Source: an uncultured delta proteobacterium
GTDB lineage: Bacteria; Myxococcota; UBA727; VGSZ01
DNA length: 64,000 nt
Assembly (NCBI GenBank): GCA_963775425.1
Contig: CAVZJB010000005.1
Span: 672,001-736,000 of the forward strand
Reading direction: 5' to 3'
Of this stretch, positions 9,843 to 18,924 are shown one piece after another. Position numbers and translations under genes: made by a program. Each line of letters opens with the position of its first letter. Position 1 is the first letter of the stretch. The notes below the pieces were generated by a model. It saw only the letters and a list, made by a program, of their open reading frames with translations. It was not told where the DNA came from and searched no databases.

Positions 9843-11005
9843 AGCCCCGTGTTGCACACGTTGCCACGGTAGATCTCTCGCTGCGTTACCTCCTTCTCAA
9901 CCAGCTCAGGTTCCTGCAGGCGCGCGGCTTCGATGTCACCGGGATCTCGCGCGCAGGCGAGCACGTGTCTGTGCTCGAGCGAGAGGGCATACGCCACATA
10001 CCGGTCGAGATGACGCGGGCGATGGATCCGCTTCGTGATGCCCTTTCCGTGCTGGAGCTGCAGCAGGTCTTTCGCCGGGAGCGATTCGACATCGTTCATA
10101 CCCACAACCCCAAGCCTGGGCTCTTCGGTCAACTGGCGGCGCGGGCGGCGGGAGTGCCGCTCGTGGTGAACACCATCCACGGCTTCTACTTCCACGACGG
10201 GATGAAGCCCCACGTCCGGCAGATGTTGATCTTCCTCGAGAAGATTGCGGCCCGCCAATCCGACGCCATCCTGTCCCAGAACCCGGAGGACATCGTCACC
10301 GCCGAGCGTGAGCGGATCGCGGCGCCAGGCGCCGTCACGCTGCTCGGAAACGGGATCGACCTCGCGCGATTCGATCCCGGCCGCGCGCGCGCGCGCGGAG
10401 AGGTGCGCGCCGCCCTCGGCCTCCCGCTCGATGCGTCGGTGGTCGGCTTCGTCGGACGGCTCGTCGAGGAGAAGGGGATCCTCGAGCTCTTCGAGGCGGT
10501 CACCCGCGCTCGAAGAAGACATCCTCGGGTGAGGCTCGTCATCGTCGGGCCTACGGACGCGGAGAAAACCGATGCGCTCAGCGCGGAGCTCCTGCGCCAC
10601 CGGTTTCCTGATGTGGACGTCGTGTTCACGGGGCTGCGCGACGACATGCCCGACATCCTCAACGCGCTGGACGTGTTCGTGCTCCCGTCCTGGCGCGAAG
10701 GCTACCCGCGCTCCCCCATGGAGGCGGCGGCCATGGGCGTGCCGGTCATCGTCACGAACATCCGGGGCTGCCGGGAGGTGTGCATCGACGGGGAGACCGG
10801 CCTCATGGTGCCCGTGAGAAATCCGGGGAGTCTCGGGACGGCAGTGGAGAGGCTCCTCGACGACCCCGCCGCGGCACGTCGGCTGGGAGAGAACGGGCGC
10901 GCCCTCGCACGCGCGCGCTTCGACGAACGCAACGTGTTTCGCACCGTCGAGGCCACCTATCACCGCCTCCTGGCCACGCGCGGGTCGAGGTTGAGGGAGC
11001 GATGA
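9839..11005 (+). CDS. GT4 glycosyltransferase (PglA/CapM-like)
   Basis: GTG 9839; VHTHNPKPG, VNTIHG, FVGRLVEEKG, LPSWREGYPRSPMEA. Confidence 0.9.
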   Translation: MKPRVAHVATVDLSLRYLLLNQLRFLQARGFDVTGISRAGEHVSVLEREGIRHIPVEMTRAMDPLRDALSVLELQQVFRRERFDIVHTHNPKPGLFGQLAARAAGVPLVVNTIHGFYFHDGMKPHVRQMLIFLEKIAARQSDAILSQNPEDIVTAERERIAAPGAVTLLGNGIDLARFDPGRARARGEVRAALGLPLDASVVGFVGRLVEEKGILELFEAVTRARRRHPRVRLVIVGPTDAEKTDALSAELLRHRFPDVDVVFTGLRDDMPDILNALDVFVLPSWREGYPRSPMEAAAMGVPVIVTNIRGCREVCIDGETGLMVPVRNPGSLGTAVERLLDDPAAARRLGENGRALARARFDERNVFRTVEATYHRLLATRGSRLRER

Positions 11006-11631
11006 CAGGCACGCTCTACCGGCGCTTCGGCAAGAGGGTCCTCGATGTCGCCGTCGCGGGCGCCGCGCTCGGAGCGGCCGCTCCCATCATGGCGTGCGTC
11101 GCCGCCGCGGTCACGTTGACCGACGGGTGGCCCGTGGTCTTCCGCCAGACGCGCCCGGGCCTAGGGGGCGAGCCGTTCGAGTTCCTGAAGTTTCGAACGA
11201 TGCGCTCGTGCGCGGGCGCGGACGGCGCGCCGCTGCCTGACGCGCAACGGCTGACGCGGCTCGGGAGGGTGCTCCGCGCGGCGAGCCTCGACGAGCTGCC
11301 GCAGCTCATCAACGTCTTGCGCGGCGAGATGAGCGTCGTCGGGCCGCGCCCTCTCCTGATGCGATACCTCGAGCGTTACACACGGGAACAGGCGCGGCGC
11401 CACGAGGTGAAGCCGGGTATCACGGGATGGGCGCAGGTGAACGGGCGCAACAGCCTGTCGTGGGACGAGAAGTTCGCCCTCGACGTGTGGTACGTCGACA
11501 ACATGAGCCTCGCGCTCGACCTGAAGATCCTCGCCCTGACGGCATACAAGGTGCTGAACCGTGACGGCATCTCCTCGGCCGGCCACGCCACGATGCCCGA
11601 GTTCATGGGCGCGGTGAAGGAGGAGGCGTGA
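11002..11631 (+). CDS. Monotopic phosphoglycosyl transferase (PglC/EpsL-like priming transferase)
   Basis: KRVLD, FRQTRPG, KFRTM, SLDELPQL, GPRP, PGITGWAQVNGRN. Confidence 0.92.
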   Translation: MTGTLYRRFGKRVLDVAVAGAALGAAAPIMACVAAAVTLTDGWPVVFRQTRPGLGGEPFEFLKFRTMRSCAGADGAPLPDAQRLTRLGRVLRAASLDELPQLINVLRGEMSVVGPRPLLMRYLERYTREQARRHEVKPGITGWAQVNGRNSLSWDEKFALDVWYVDNMSLALDLKILALTAYKVLNRDGISSAGHATMPEFMGAVKEEA

Positions 11632-12218
11632 TCGTCGTCGGCGCCGGCGGCCATGGCAAGGTGATCGTGGCGCTCGCAAAGCAGCTGGGCATCGCCGTCG
11701 ACGCCGTCCACGACGACAACCCGGTGCTCCACGGGGCCTCCGTCCTCGGGGTGCCGGTGCAGGGCAGCGAGCCGCTCCGGGGGCGGCGAGCGGTCCTCGC
11801 CATCGGCAACAACCGCACGCGCCAGAGGCTCGCCGGCTCGCTGGATGCGGAGTGGACGACCCTCGTTCACCCCCGCGCGTTCGTCGACCCGAGCGTCAAG
11901 CTTGGACCCGGAACCGTCGTCTTTGCCGGTGCCGTCATCCAACCCGATGGTGCCATCGGAGCGCATGCGATCGTGAACACGGGCGCCTGTGTCGACCACG
12001 ACGCTGCCATCGGCGATTTCGTCCACCTCGCGCCGGGCGTCCATCTCGCGGGCACCGTCACCGTCGAGGAAGGGGCCTTCGTCGGTGTCGGCACCGCCGT
12101 CATCCCCGGGCGGAACATCGGAGCATGGGCGACGTTGGGCGCCGGCAGCGTCGTCGTGCGGGACATCCCGCCCGGGGTGACCGCGTTCGGCGTGCCGGCG
12201 CGGGTGAAGGGAGCCTGA
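11628..12218 (+). CDS. Hexapeptide-repeat sugar acetyltransferase (PglD/NeuD family)
   Basis: GAGGHGKV, AIGNN..R, LVHP, VDHD, hexapeptide repeats, GVPA. Confidence 0.9.
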   Translation: MIVVGAGGHGKVIVALAKQLGIAVDAVHDDNPVLHGASVLGVPVQGSEPLRGRRAVLAIGNNRTRQRLAGSLDAEWTTLVHPRAFVDPSVKLGPGTVVFAGAVIQPDGAIGAHAIVNTGACVDHDAAIGDFVHLAPGVHLAGTVTVEEGAFVGVGTAVIPGRNIGAWATLGAGSVVVRDIPPGVTAFGVPARVKGA

Positions 12219-13345
12219 TGCCGCGCATCTACTTGTCGTCCCCCCATATGAGCGGCGAAGAGCTCGGGCTCATCGAGGAGGCGTTTCGGACGAATTGGAT
12301 TGCTCCGCTAGGCCCGCACGTGAACGCGTTCGAGCAGGAGCTCGCGGCGTACGCGGGCGTCGCGCACGCCGCCGCGCTCTCGTCGGGCACGGCGGCGCTC
12401 CACCTGGCGCTCCGCCTCCTCGACGTCCAGCGGGACGACGAGGTCCTGTGCTCGACTTTGACGTTCTCCGCGAGCGCGAACCCCATCGCCTACGAGGCCG
12501 CTCGTCCGGTGTTCCTCGATGCGAGCCGTACCACCTGGAACCTCGACCCGGAGCTGCTTGCCGAGGAGCTGGCGGATTGCGCCAGGCGCGGCAAGCTCCC
12601 GAAGGCCGTCATCGTCGTGGATCTCTACGGCCAGAGCGCGGATTGGGAGCCCATCCTCGAGGTGTCGGAGCGCCACGGCGTGCCGGTCATCGAGGACGCC
12701 GCGGAGGCGCTGGGGGCCGACTACAAGGGGAAGAAGTGCGGCTCGTTCGGCCGCATGAGCGTCTTTTCTTTCAACGGCAACAAGATCATCACGACGTCAG
12801 GCGGCGGTGCTCTCCTCAGCGAGGACCCGAAGCTCGTCGAGAAGGCGCGGTTCCTCGCCACGCAGGCGCGCGATCCCGCGCCGCACTATCAGCACAGCGA
12901 GATCGGCTTCAACTACCGCATGAGCAACGTGTGCGCCGCCATCGGCCGCGGGCAGCTGCGTGTTCTCGACGAGCGGGTCGCGCAGCGCAGGAGCGTCTTC
13001 GACCGCTATCGCGCGGCGTTCGAGGGTGTTCCCGGTCTCGAGCTCATCTCCGAGGCCGCATATGGGCGGTGCAACCGTTGGCTCACGTGCTTTCTCGTGG
13101 AGCCGGAGCGCTTCGGGGCATCCCGCGACGACATACGGGAGGCGTTGGCGGCGCGCGACATCGAGGCCCGCCCGGTGTGGAAACCGATGCACCTCCAGCC
13201 GGTCTTCGAAGGGTGCCGGATCCGCGGAGGCGCCGTCTCTGCGGACCTCTTCGAGCGGGGCCTCTGCCTGCCGAGCGGCTCCAACCTCCGCGTCGAGGAG
13301 ATTGATGAGGTCATCGACGTCGTCCTGTCGACGCAAAGGCGGTGA
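12218..13345 (+). CDS. DegT/DnrJ/EryC1 aminotransferase (PglE/EpsN-like)
   Basis: IYLSSPHM, WIAPLGP, SSGTAALHLAL, EDAAEALG, SFNGNKIITTSGGG, GFNYRMSN, RPVWKPMH. Confidence 0.92.
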   Translation: MPRIYLSSPHMSGEELGLIEEAFRTNWIAPLGPHVNAFEQELAAYAGVAHAAALSSGTAALHLALRLLDVQRDDEVLCSTLTFSASANPIAYEAARPVFLDASRTTWNLDPELLAEELADCARRGKLPKAVIVVDLYGQSADWEPILEVSERHGVPVIEDAAEALGADYKGKKCGSFGRMSVFSFNGNKIITTSGGGALLSEDPKLVEKARFLATQARDPAPHYQHSEIGFNYRMSNVCAAIGRGQLRVLDERVAQRRSVFDRYRAAFEGVPGLELISEAAYGRCNRWLTCFLVEPERFGASRDDIREALAARDIEARPVWKPMHLQPVFEGCRIRGGAVSADLFERGLCLPSGSNLRVEEIDEVIDVVLSTQRR

Positions 13346-13465
13346 TGTGATCGGGCCCGGTCGCCGGCGCCGCCGGTTCGGAAACCTGCCGACCCGGCTG
13401 GACGGGCGCGATAGAACGTTCGACCCTCCACGCGACACCAACGCCGGAAGCCGAGCGTGCAGCAG

Positions 13466-15386
13466 ATGACGGCGAAGAAACCCTGGTGGTCCTTCTTGTT
13501 GCGTCGACCGATGCACCTGGTGCTCGACGCGCTGCTGCTGACGTTCGCCTTCGCCGCCGCCTACACCTTGCGCTTCGAGCTCGACGTCCCGATGGCGTGG
13601 CAGAAGCGCGCAGTCGCGCAGGCCCCGTTCGTCGTGGGCGTGGAGCTGGTCTCGCTGTGGGCGTGCGGTGTCTACACGTTCATCTGGCGGTATGTCGGCA
13701 TGCGCGAAGTGTCGGCGTTCGTTCGGGCAGGGGCGTTCTGGACCATCCCCATCGTGGTGATCCGTTTCCTGCCGTTCAACCACGTGGAATTCCTGCGGCT
13801 CCCGGTCTCCATCATCGCCATGGACGCCGTCTTCGCCTTCGTCGGCGTTCTTGGCTTGCGCGTGCTGCGCCGCTCCCTCCATGAGCGCTTCGAACGAACG
13901 TCCTCGTCGAGAGACGGGCGCAAGAAGCCCGTCCTCCTCATCGGTGCCGGCAAGGCGGGGACGCTGGCCGCTGGGAGATCGTCGGTCGCACGGACACGGA
14001 CCTCGACGTCAAAGGCTTCGTCGACGACGACGCGAGAAGACGGGTCGGTCATCCACGGCGTGAAGGTCCTCGCAGACACGCAGAAGCTGCCGAAGCTCGT
14101 GCGTGAGCTGGGCATCGACCACGTGATCATCACCATCGCCAAGGCGTCGCGCGCCGAGATGCGTCGGATCCTCGACATCTGCGAGAGTGCCCGTCAAGGC
14201 CCGCGTCATTCCCGGGCTCGGGGAGCTCCTCTCCGGGAACGTCTCGGTCAGCCGCATCCGCAACGTCGAGGTGGAGGACCTGCTGGGGCGCGAGCCCGTC
14301 GAGCTCGAGCACGAGCTGATGCAGCGCTTCCTCACGGCCGCGTCGTCATGGTGACCGGCGCCGGCGGCTCCATCGGCTCGGAGCTTGCCGCCAGACGATG
14401 CGCTACGGGCCCAAGGCGCTGGTGCTCGTCGAGCAGGCCGAAAATGCGCTCTTCATCATCGACAGGGAGCTTCGCGAGGCGTGGCCGCAGGGCAATATCG
14501 TCCCGTGGTGCGGACTTCGGTGACGAAGCGCGCATCGCCGGGATCTTCGCGGAGCACAGGCCTGAGGTCGTGTTCCATGCCGCCGCGCACAAGCACGTGC
14601 CGATGATGGAACAGAACCCCGGCGAGGCCGTGAAGAACAACGTCCTCGGCACGCGGACGTTGGCACGCATCGCCGGCGATGGCGTGGGCCGTTCGTGATG
14701 ATCTCGACGGACAAGGCGGTGAAGCCCACGTCGGTGATGGGCGCGACGAAGCGCGTCGCGGAGCTGTACGTCCAGGATCTCAACACGCAGTTCGAGGCGA
14801 CGCACTTCATGGCGGTGCGCTTCGGCAACGTGCTGGGCAGCGGGCAGCGTGATCCCGATGTTCCGGGAGCAGATCCTCAGGGCGGGCCGGTGACCGTTAC
14901 GCATCCCGACATGCGCCGTTACTTCATGACCATCCCGGAGGCGTCGCAACTCGTCCTGCAGGCCGGCGCCATGGGCGAGGGCGGGCGAGATCTTCGTGCT
15001 GGACATGGGCGAGCCGGTGAAGATCGTCGACCTCGCGCGAGACATGATCCGCCTGTCGGGCTTCCGACCGGGCGAGGATATCGACATCGTGTTCACCGGC
15101 ATCCGTCCCGGGGAGAAGCTCTTCGAGGAGCTCGCGGTCGATGAGAGATCGACAAGACCAAGCACCCGAAGATCTTCATCGGCCGCATCGCGCTTGCGGA
15201 TTCCGCGGTGTTCGAGGAAGAGCTCAAGTCCCTCGAGCGATGCCTCGACGGTGACGAGGCCAGCGTTTGCGTACGGCCCTCGCCTCCATCGTCCCCGAGG
15301 CGCGCCTGAGCGGTCTCCCGCCAGCGCCGCCGGCGACGCCCGCCGCGGACACGAACGCGCTGGCGCCGGTGCCGGCTACTTCCTGA
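13466..15386 (+). pseudogene. PglF/CapD/WbpM-type membrane-bound UDP-GlcNAc 4,6-dehydratase, split by about 12 small indels (probably consensus errors)
   Basis: Across frames: 4 [100 protein letters not shown]. Confidence 0.85.
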
Positions 15387-17883
15387 GGCCGCTCGGCAGC
15401 GTGAGCTTCGGGGGCGGGAGGACGCCCATCTTCACGGCGAGCTCCCACACCGCGGATCGGCGGGAGCGGACGGAACGCGGCCTCGGCGGCGTCGCGAGCC
15501 CGCAACACCTCGCCGAGCGCAAGCGCGACTCCCGGATTCGCACCTGAACCTCCGGGTCCTTCGGCCTGCGCACCAGCAGGCGCTCGAGCGCCTCGAGCTC
15601 GGCCGCGTCGTTGTGATCCGCGTGCGCCATCGCGGCATCGAGGTCCGCGAGGAGCTCCGGGGTGCGCTCCTCGCGAGGCAGCGTCTTCAGTCTCGCGAGC
15701 AAGCGCTTTGCCTCCTCGATGTCGCCCGCACGCAGCGCGGCGTGGATGCGCCACTCGAGGAGCGGCGCCGGTGCCTCGACGCGCTCGTCCGCGGCGGCGG
15801 CCTCGGCCCGCGCCGCGACGAGGCCATCGAAGCTCTCGCGCGTCGTCGCGATGAGCGCGGCTGCTTGTCCGTCCATCCGCGGGCGGGCTTCGAGCGCGGC
15901 CATCTGCGCGCGCGCCTCGGTCTCGTCGCCTCTCTTCAGGGCGAGCTCCAACGCGGCGCGGCGCTGCGCGGTGTCGGCGTCCGCTCGCACCGCCACCTCG
16001 TCCATGCAGGCCTGCGCCTCGTCGAGCCGGTGCTCGTTGACCAGCACCTTGCAGAGCAACGTGATCGCCTCGGCGGTGTCCGGCACGGCGCGCCGCCGGA
16101 GCGCTTGATCATGCGTTCGCCAAACAATCTCCTTGAGCAGGTTGCGAGGCGGCGGCTTGCCGAGCCACGCCTGCCGGTACTCGAGCATGGACTGCTCCGG
16201 GTGCCCGGACGCCGCCAGCACCCGCGCCGCTTCGAGGTGCGAGGGCCCATGCGTCGGCCACAGGACCAGGGCGCGATTCGCCCACTCGAGCGCTTCATGC
16301 GGCGCCCGGCGGCGGCGCGCGTCGACGGCGCGCAGGTAGCAGTAATAGCCGTCGTGTGGATGCGCGGCGACGGCGCGCTCGATGAGCGCGGTGCGCGCGC
16401 TGTTGTTGGGCGCGTCCGCGAGCGCCTCGTCGAAGGAGCGACGCCACCTCGCTACTGCGACGGCCGCCGTCCACATCGTCAAGACCGTGAGCCCGAGGGC
16501 GCCGACGCGCACCCATGCCCGCGGTATGCGCACCAGGAGCGCGTCGCGCTCCAGGAGCCGTGCCGCGATGAGGCCGAGGAGCGCCGCTGCGAGGAAGATG
16601 CCCGCGGCGCTCTCGAGGACGAAGTCGAGGAGGTCGCCGAAGACGAGCACCGTGAGCGCGGGCAAGGGGAGGAGCTGCCGCGCATGACGGAGACCTGCCA
16701 ACATGGCGATCGCCGCGAACAAGCCGCTCGCGAGGATGAGCCCGCCGCCGGCGGCACCGTGGTCCACCAGCGTCTCGATGACGATGTTCTCCGCGCGGGT
16801 GTAGACCACGTTGGCGTCGGGCAACGCGTCGCCGACGACGGTGGTGAACACGTCCTGGAACCCGCCGTTGCCCGCTCCGACGAGGAAGTGGCTCCTCACG
16901 ACGTCGAGCGCGGGGCCGTAGATGTTGAGCTTCGATTTGTCGATCGTCTCCATGCCGAACGCAGAGAGCGCGTCGAGGATGGAGGTTCGCGCGGCGAACG
17001 TGGCGAGGATGGCCGCGGCGACGGCGCCGACCTGCACGGCGCTCAGGAGCCACCACCGTCGCGCGGAGCGCTCGGGAGGAGCACGGCGGACGAGGACGAA
17101 GCCGAGCACGAGCACACCTGCCAGGAGCGCGAGGAGGCCGCCGCGCGAATCCGTGAACGCGACGGACGCGCAGCACAGGAGTCCGGTGGCGGCGAAGAGC
17201 GCCGCCGTCCGGCGGTCACGCACGGCGAAGGCTCGAGCGCCGCACGCGAGGCCGAACGCACCGAACATCCGCGCAAGCTGGTTCGGGTTGACCATCGGCG
17301 CGTAGAAGAAACCCGGGTAGCGCGTGAACCGTCCCCACGCGCCGGGCACCTGGAGCAAGGTGTGCCCAAGGGCGACGGCGAACAGCGACGCCCCTCCCAC
17401 CAGGAGCACCTTCCATGCGAGCGCCCGGCGCCGCCGGTCTCGGGTAAGATCGGCGACGACGATGAACACCGCCAGGGCTCCGACGATGCGTACGGCGGCG
17501 AAGGCGGCCTCTGGAGGATCCACGGCGAGCACCGGGAGCACCATCGCCCGCGGATCCGCGGCGAGACCGGCGATGACGAGGTCGATGTTGGCGGTGCTCT
17601 CGGGCGAGATGAGCTGTCGCAGGCCGTGCGGGATCGGGCACAGCTCGACGAGCGTCAACAGCAGGCCGAGCACGAGCGGCAGGCCGAGCCACGACACGGC
17701 GAGCGTTCTTCGGCCTCGCCGTGCGACGAGCATCAACGCGAGCGCTCCGAGCGCGAGGCCGCTCGCTGCGCTTGCTACGAGGGGATGAACGCCACCGATG
17801 GCGAGCGGCAAGAACGCAACGGGAGCGAGAGCGAGCACGAGGGCGAGCTCGGCGAGGGGGACGCGAGGGCGCCGCTCGGGCAT
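15376..17883 (-). CDS. O-antigen ligase / Wzy_C family membrane protein with C-terminal TPR region
   Basis: About 12 TM; VNPNQLA, TDSRGG, GAGNGGF, RAEN..ETLVDHG; helical TPR-like C-terminus; compensating frameshifts near 15450-15540. Confidence 0.8.
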   Translation of the reverse strand: MPERRPRVPLAELALVLALAPVAFLPLAIGGVHPLVASAASGLALGALALMLVARRGRRTLAVSWLGLPLVLGLLLTLVELCPIPHGLRQLISPESTANIDLVIAGLAADPRAMVLPVLAVDPPEAAFAAVRIVGALAVFIVVADLTRDRRRRALAWKVLLVGGASLFAVALGHTLLQVPGAWGRFTRYPGFFYAPMVNPNQLARMFGAFGLACGARAFAVRDRRTAALFAATGLLCCASVAFTDSRGGLLALLAGVLVLGFVLVRRAPPERSARRWWLLSAVQVGAVAAAILATFAARTSILDALSAFGMETIDKSKLNIYGPALDVVRSHFLVGAGNGGFQDVFTTVVGDALPDANVVYTRAENIVIETLVDHGAAGGGLILASGLFAAIAMLAGLRHARQLLPLPALTVLVFGDLLDFVLESAAGIFLAAALLGLIAARLLERDALLVRIPRAWVRVGALGLTVLTMWTAAVAVARWRRSFDEALADAPNNSARTALIERAVAAHPHDGYYCYLRAVDARRRRAPHEALEWANRALVLWPTHGPSHLEAARVLAASGHPEQSMLEYRQAWLGKPPPRNLLKEIVWRTHDQALRRRAVPDTAEAITLLCKVLVNEHRLDEAQACMDEVAVRADADTAQRRAALELALKRGDETEARAQMAALEARPRMDGQAAALIATTRESFDGLVAARAEAAAADERVEAPAPLLEWRIHAALRAGDIEEAKRLLARLKTLPREERTPELLADLDAAMAHADHNDAAELEALERLLVRRPKDPEVQVRIRESRLRSARCCGLATPPRPRSVRSRRSAVWELAVKMGVLPPPKLTLPSGLRK

Positions 17884-17925
17884 GGCCGACGCTAGCAGGC
17901 CAACGCGCCACACGACGAGGGGGGG

Positions 17926-18924
17926 ATGACGAGGGAGCGGCGGTTCGCCGCCCTCTGCGCGGCGTTGCAGCGCGGTGCATTCGGCACCGGCCCCCCGCCT
18001 CCGCTCGACGAGCAAGCGCCGCTGTTGGCGCTCGCCGAAGAACACGGCGTCGCGGGGATCGCGGCGCGTGGGCTCGAGGCTCCCGGCGCGCCGTCCGGCG
18101 CGGGGCTCGCGGCGGGCATGAGCCTCGAGGTCGTCTACCGCCGCGCGGCCCGGGCGCTCGAAGGGGAGGGGGTCCCGTTCGTCCTCTGGAAAGGCCTCCT
18201 CGCCGACGCCGCGTTCTACGGCGCCCGAGGCGCCAGACGCGCGACGGACATCGACCTCATCATCGAATCAGCAGATGACGTTCGGGCCGTCTCCGTGCTT
18301 GAACGCGCGGGGCTGCAGGTCGTGTCGCGCACCGGCAAGGCCACGGTGCTTCAGCCCGAGTCCGCGCCGATCGTCCTGGTCGACCTGCATCGCACGCCGT
18401 TGAACACGCCCCCGTTCCAGGCGACGTCAGCCGAGGTGCTCCGGCATCGCCGCTTCGTCGAGACGCCGATCGGGGTGCTCCCGGCGCCGCGCCCCGAGCA
18501 CCTGCTCGCGCTCATCGCGGGCAACCTCGCGGGCGGGCTGCTCGTCGGCCAGGTGCGCCTCTGCCTCGACGCCGCGGCGGTCCTGCGACACCAGACGATC
18601 GACGCGGCCTTCCTCATCGACGTCGCAAAGCGATGGCGTGTGGTCCCCGCGCTCTGGGGTGTGCTCCGTTTCGCCGAGGCTCGCTTCGGCGCGTCGCCTC
18701 CGCTGGACGTGATGCACCACCTTGCACCGCGACGGGCCCTCGCCGGCCACATCGAGAGGCTGTTCGGCGTGCGCGGGCCGCCGCGGGTGCCACGCTCCCG
18801 CTTCGCGGCTCTGGTCCTCGTGGACTGGCCGCTCGCCGACCGGCCCACGTGGATCGTCGAGAAGGTCGCCCGTGCAGGGGCACGGCGCGTCTGGAACCGC
18901 CGCCGCCGGCGTCGCCCGCGTTAG
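17926..18924 (+). CDS. Uncharacterised nucleotidyltransferase (NTP_transf_5-like)
   Basis: LWKG...YG...RRATDIDLII and VDLH motifs. Confidence 0.75.
   Translation: MTRERRFAALCAALQRGAFGTGPPPPLDEQAPLLALAEEHGVAGIAARGLEAPGAPSGAGLAAGMSLEVVYRRAARALEGEGVPFVLWKGLLADAAFYGARGARRATDIDLIIESADDVRAVSVLERAGLQVVSRTGKATVLQPESAPIVLVDLHRTPLNTPPFQATSAEVLRHRRFVETPIGVLPAPRPEHLLALIAGNLAGGLLVGQVRLCLDAAAVLRHQTIDAAFLIDVAKRWRVVPALWGVLRFAEARFGASPPLDVMHHLAPRRALAGHIERLFGVRGPPRVPRSRFAALVLVDWPLADRPTWIVEKVARAGARRVWNRRRRRRPR

Noticed and set aside
8543-11005. Apparent 820-aa fusion ORF, and similar N-terminal extensions at 44901, 37859-40312, 11852 and 60791
   Set aside because: True starts are internal at stop/start overlaps; the extensions are Arg-rich off-frame readings of upstream genes
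13960-15300. Programmed frameshifting or phase variation in the pglF-like gene
   Set aside because: Too many indels, not at slippery or SSR sites, and they spill into the opposite-strand gene
17919-17925. G7 tract before the nucleotidyltransferase start as a phase-variation switch
   Set aside because: Too short to be notable in a high-GC genome; likely just an SD-like run
17926-18924. Lasso-peptide/RiPP cluster implied by the NTP_transf_5 gene
   Set aside because: No precursor, PqqD/RRE, B2 protease or asparagine-synthetase-like cyclase in the window
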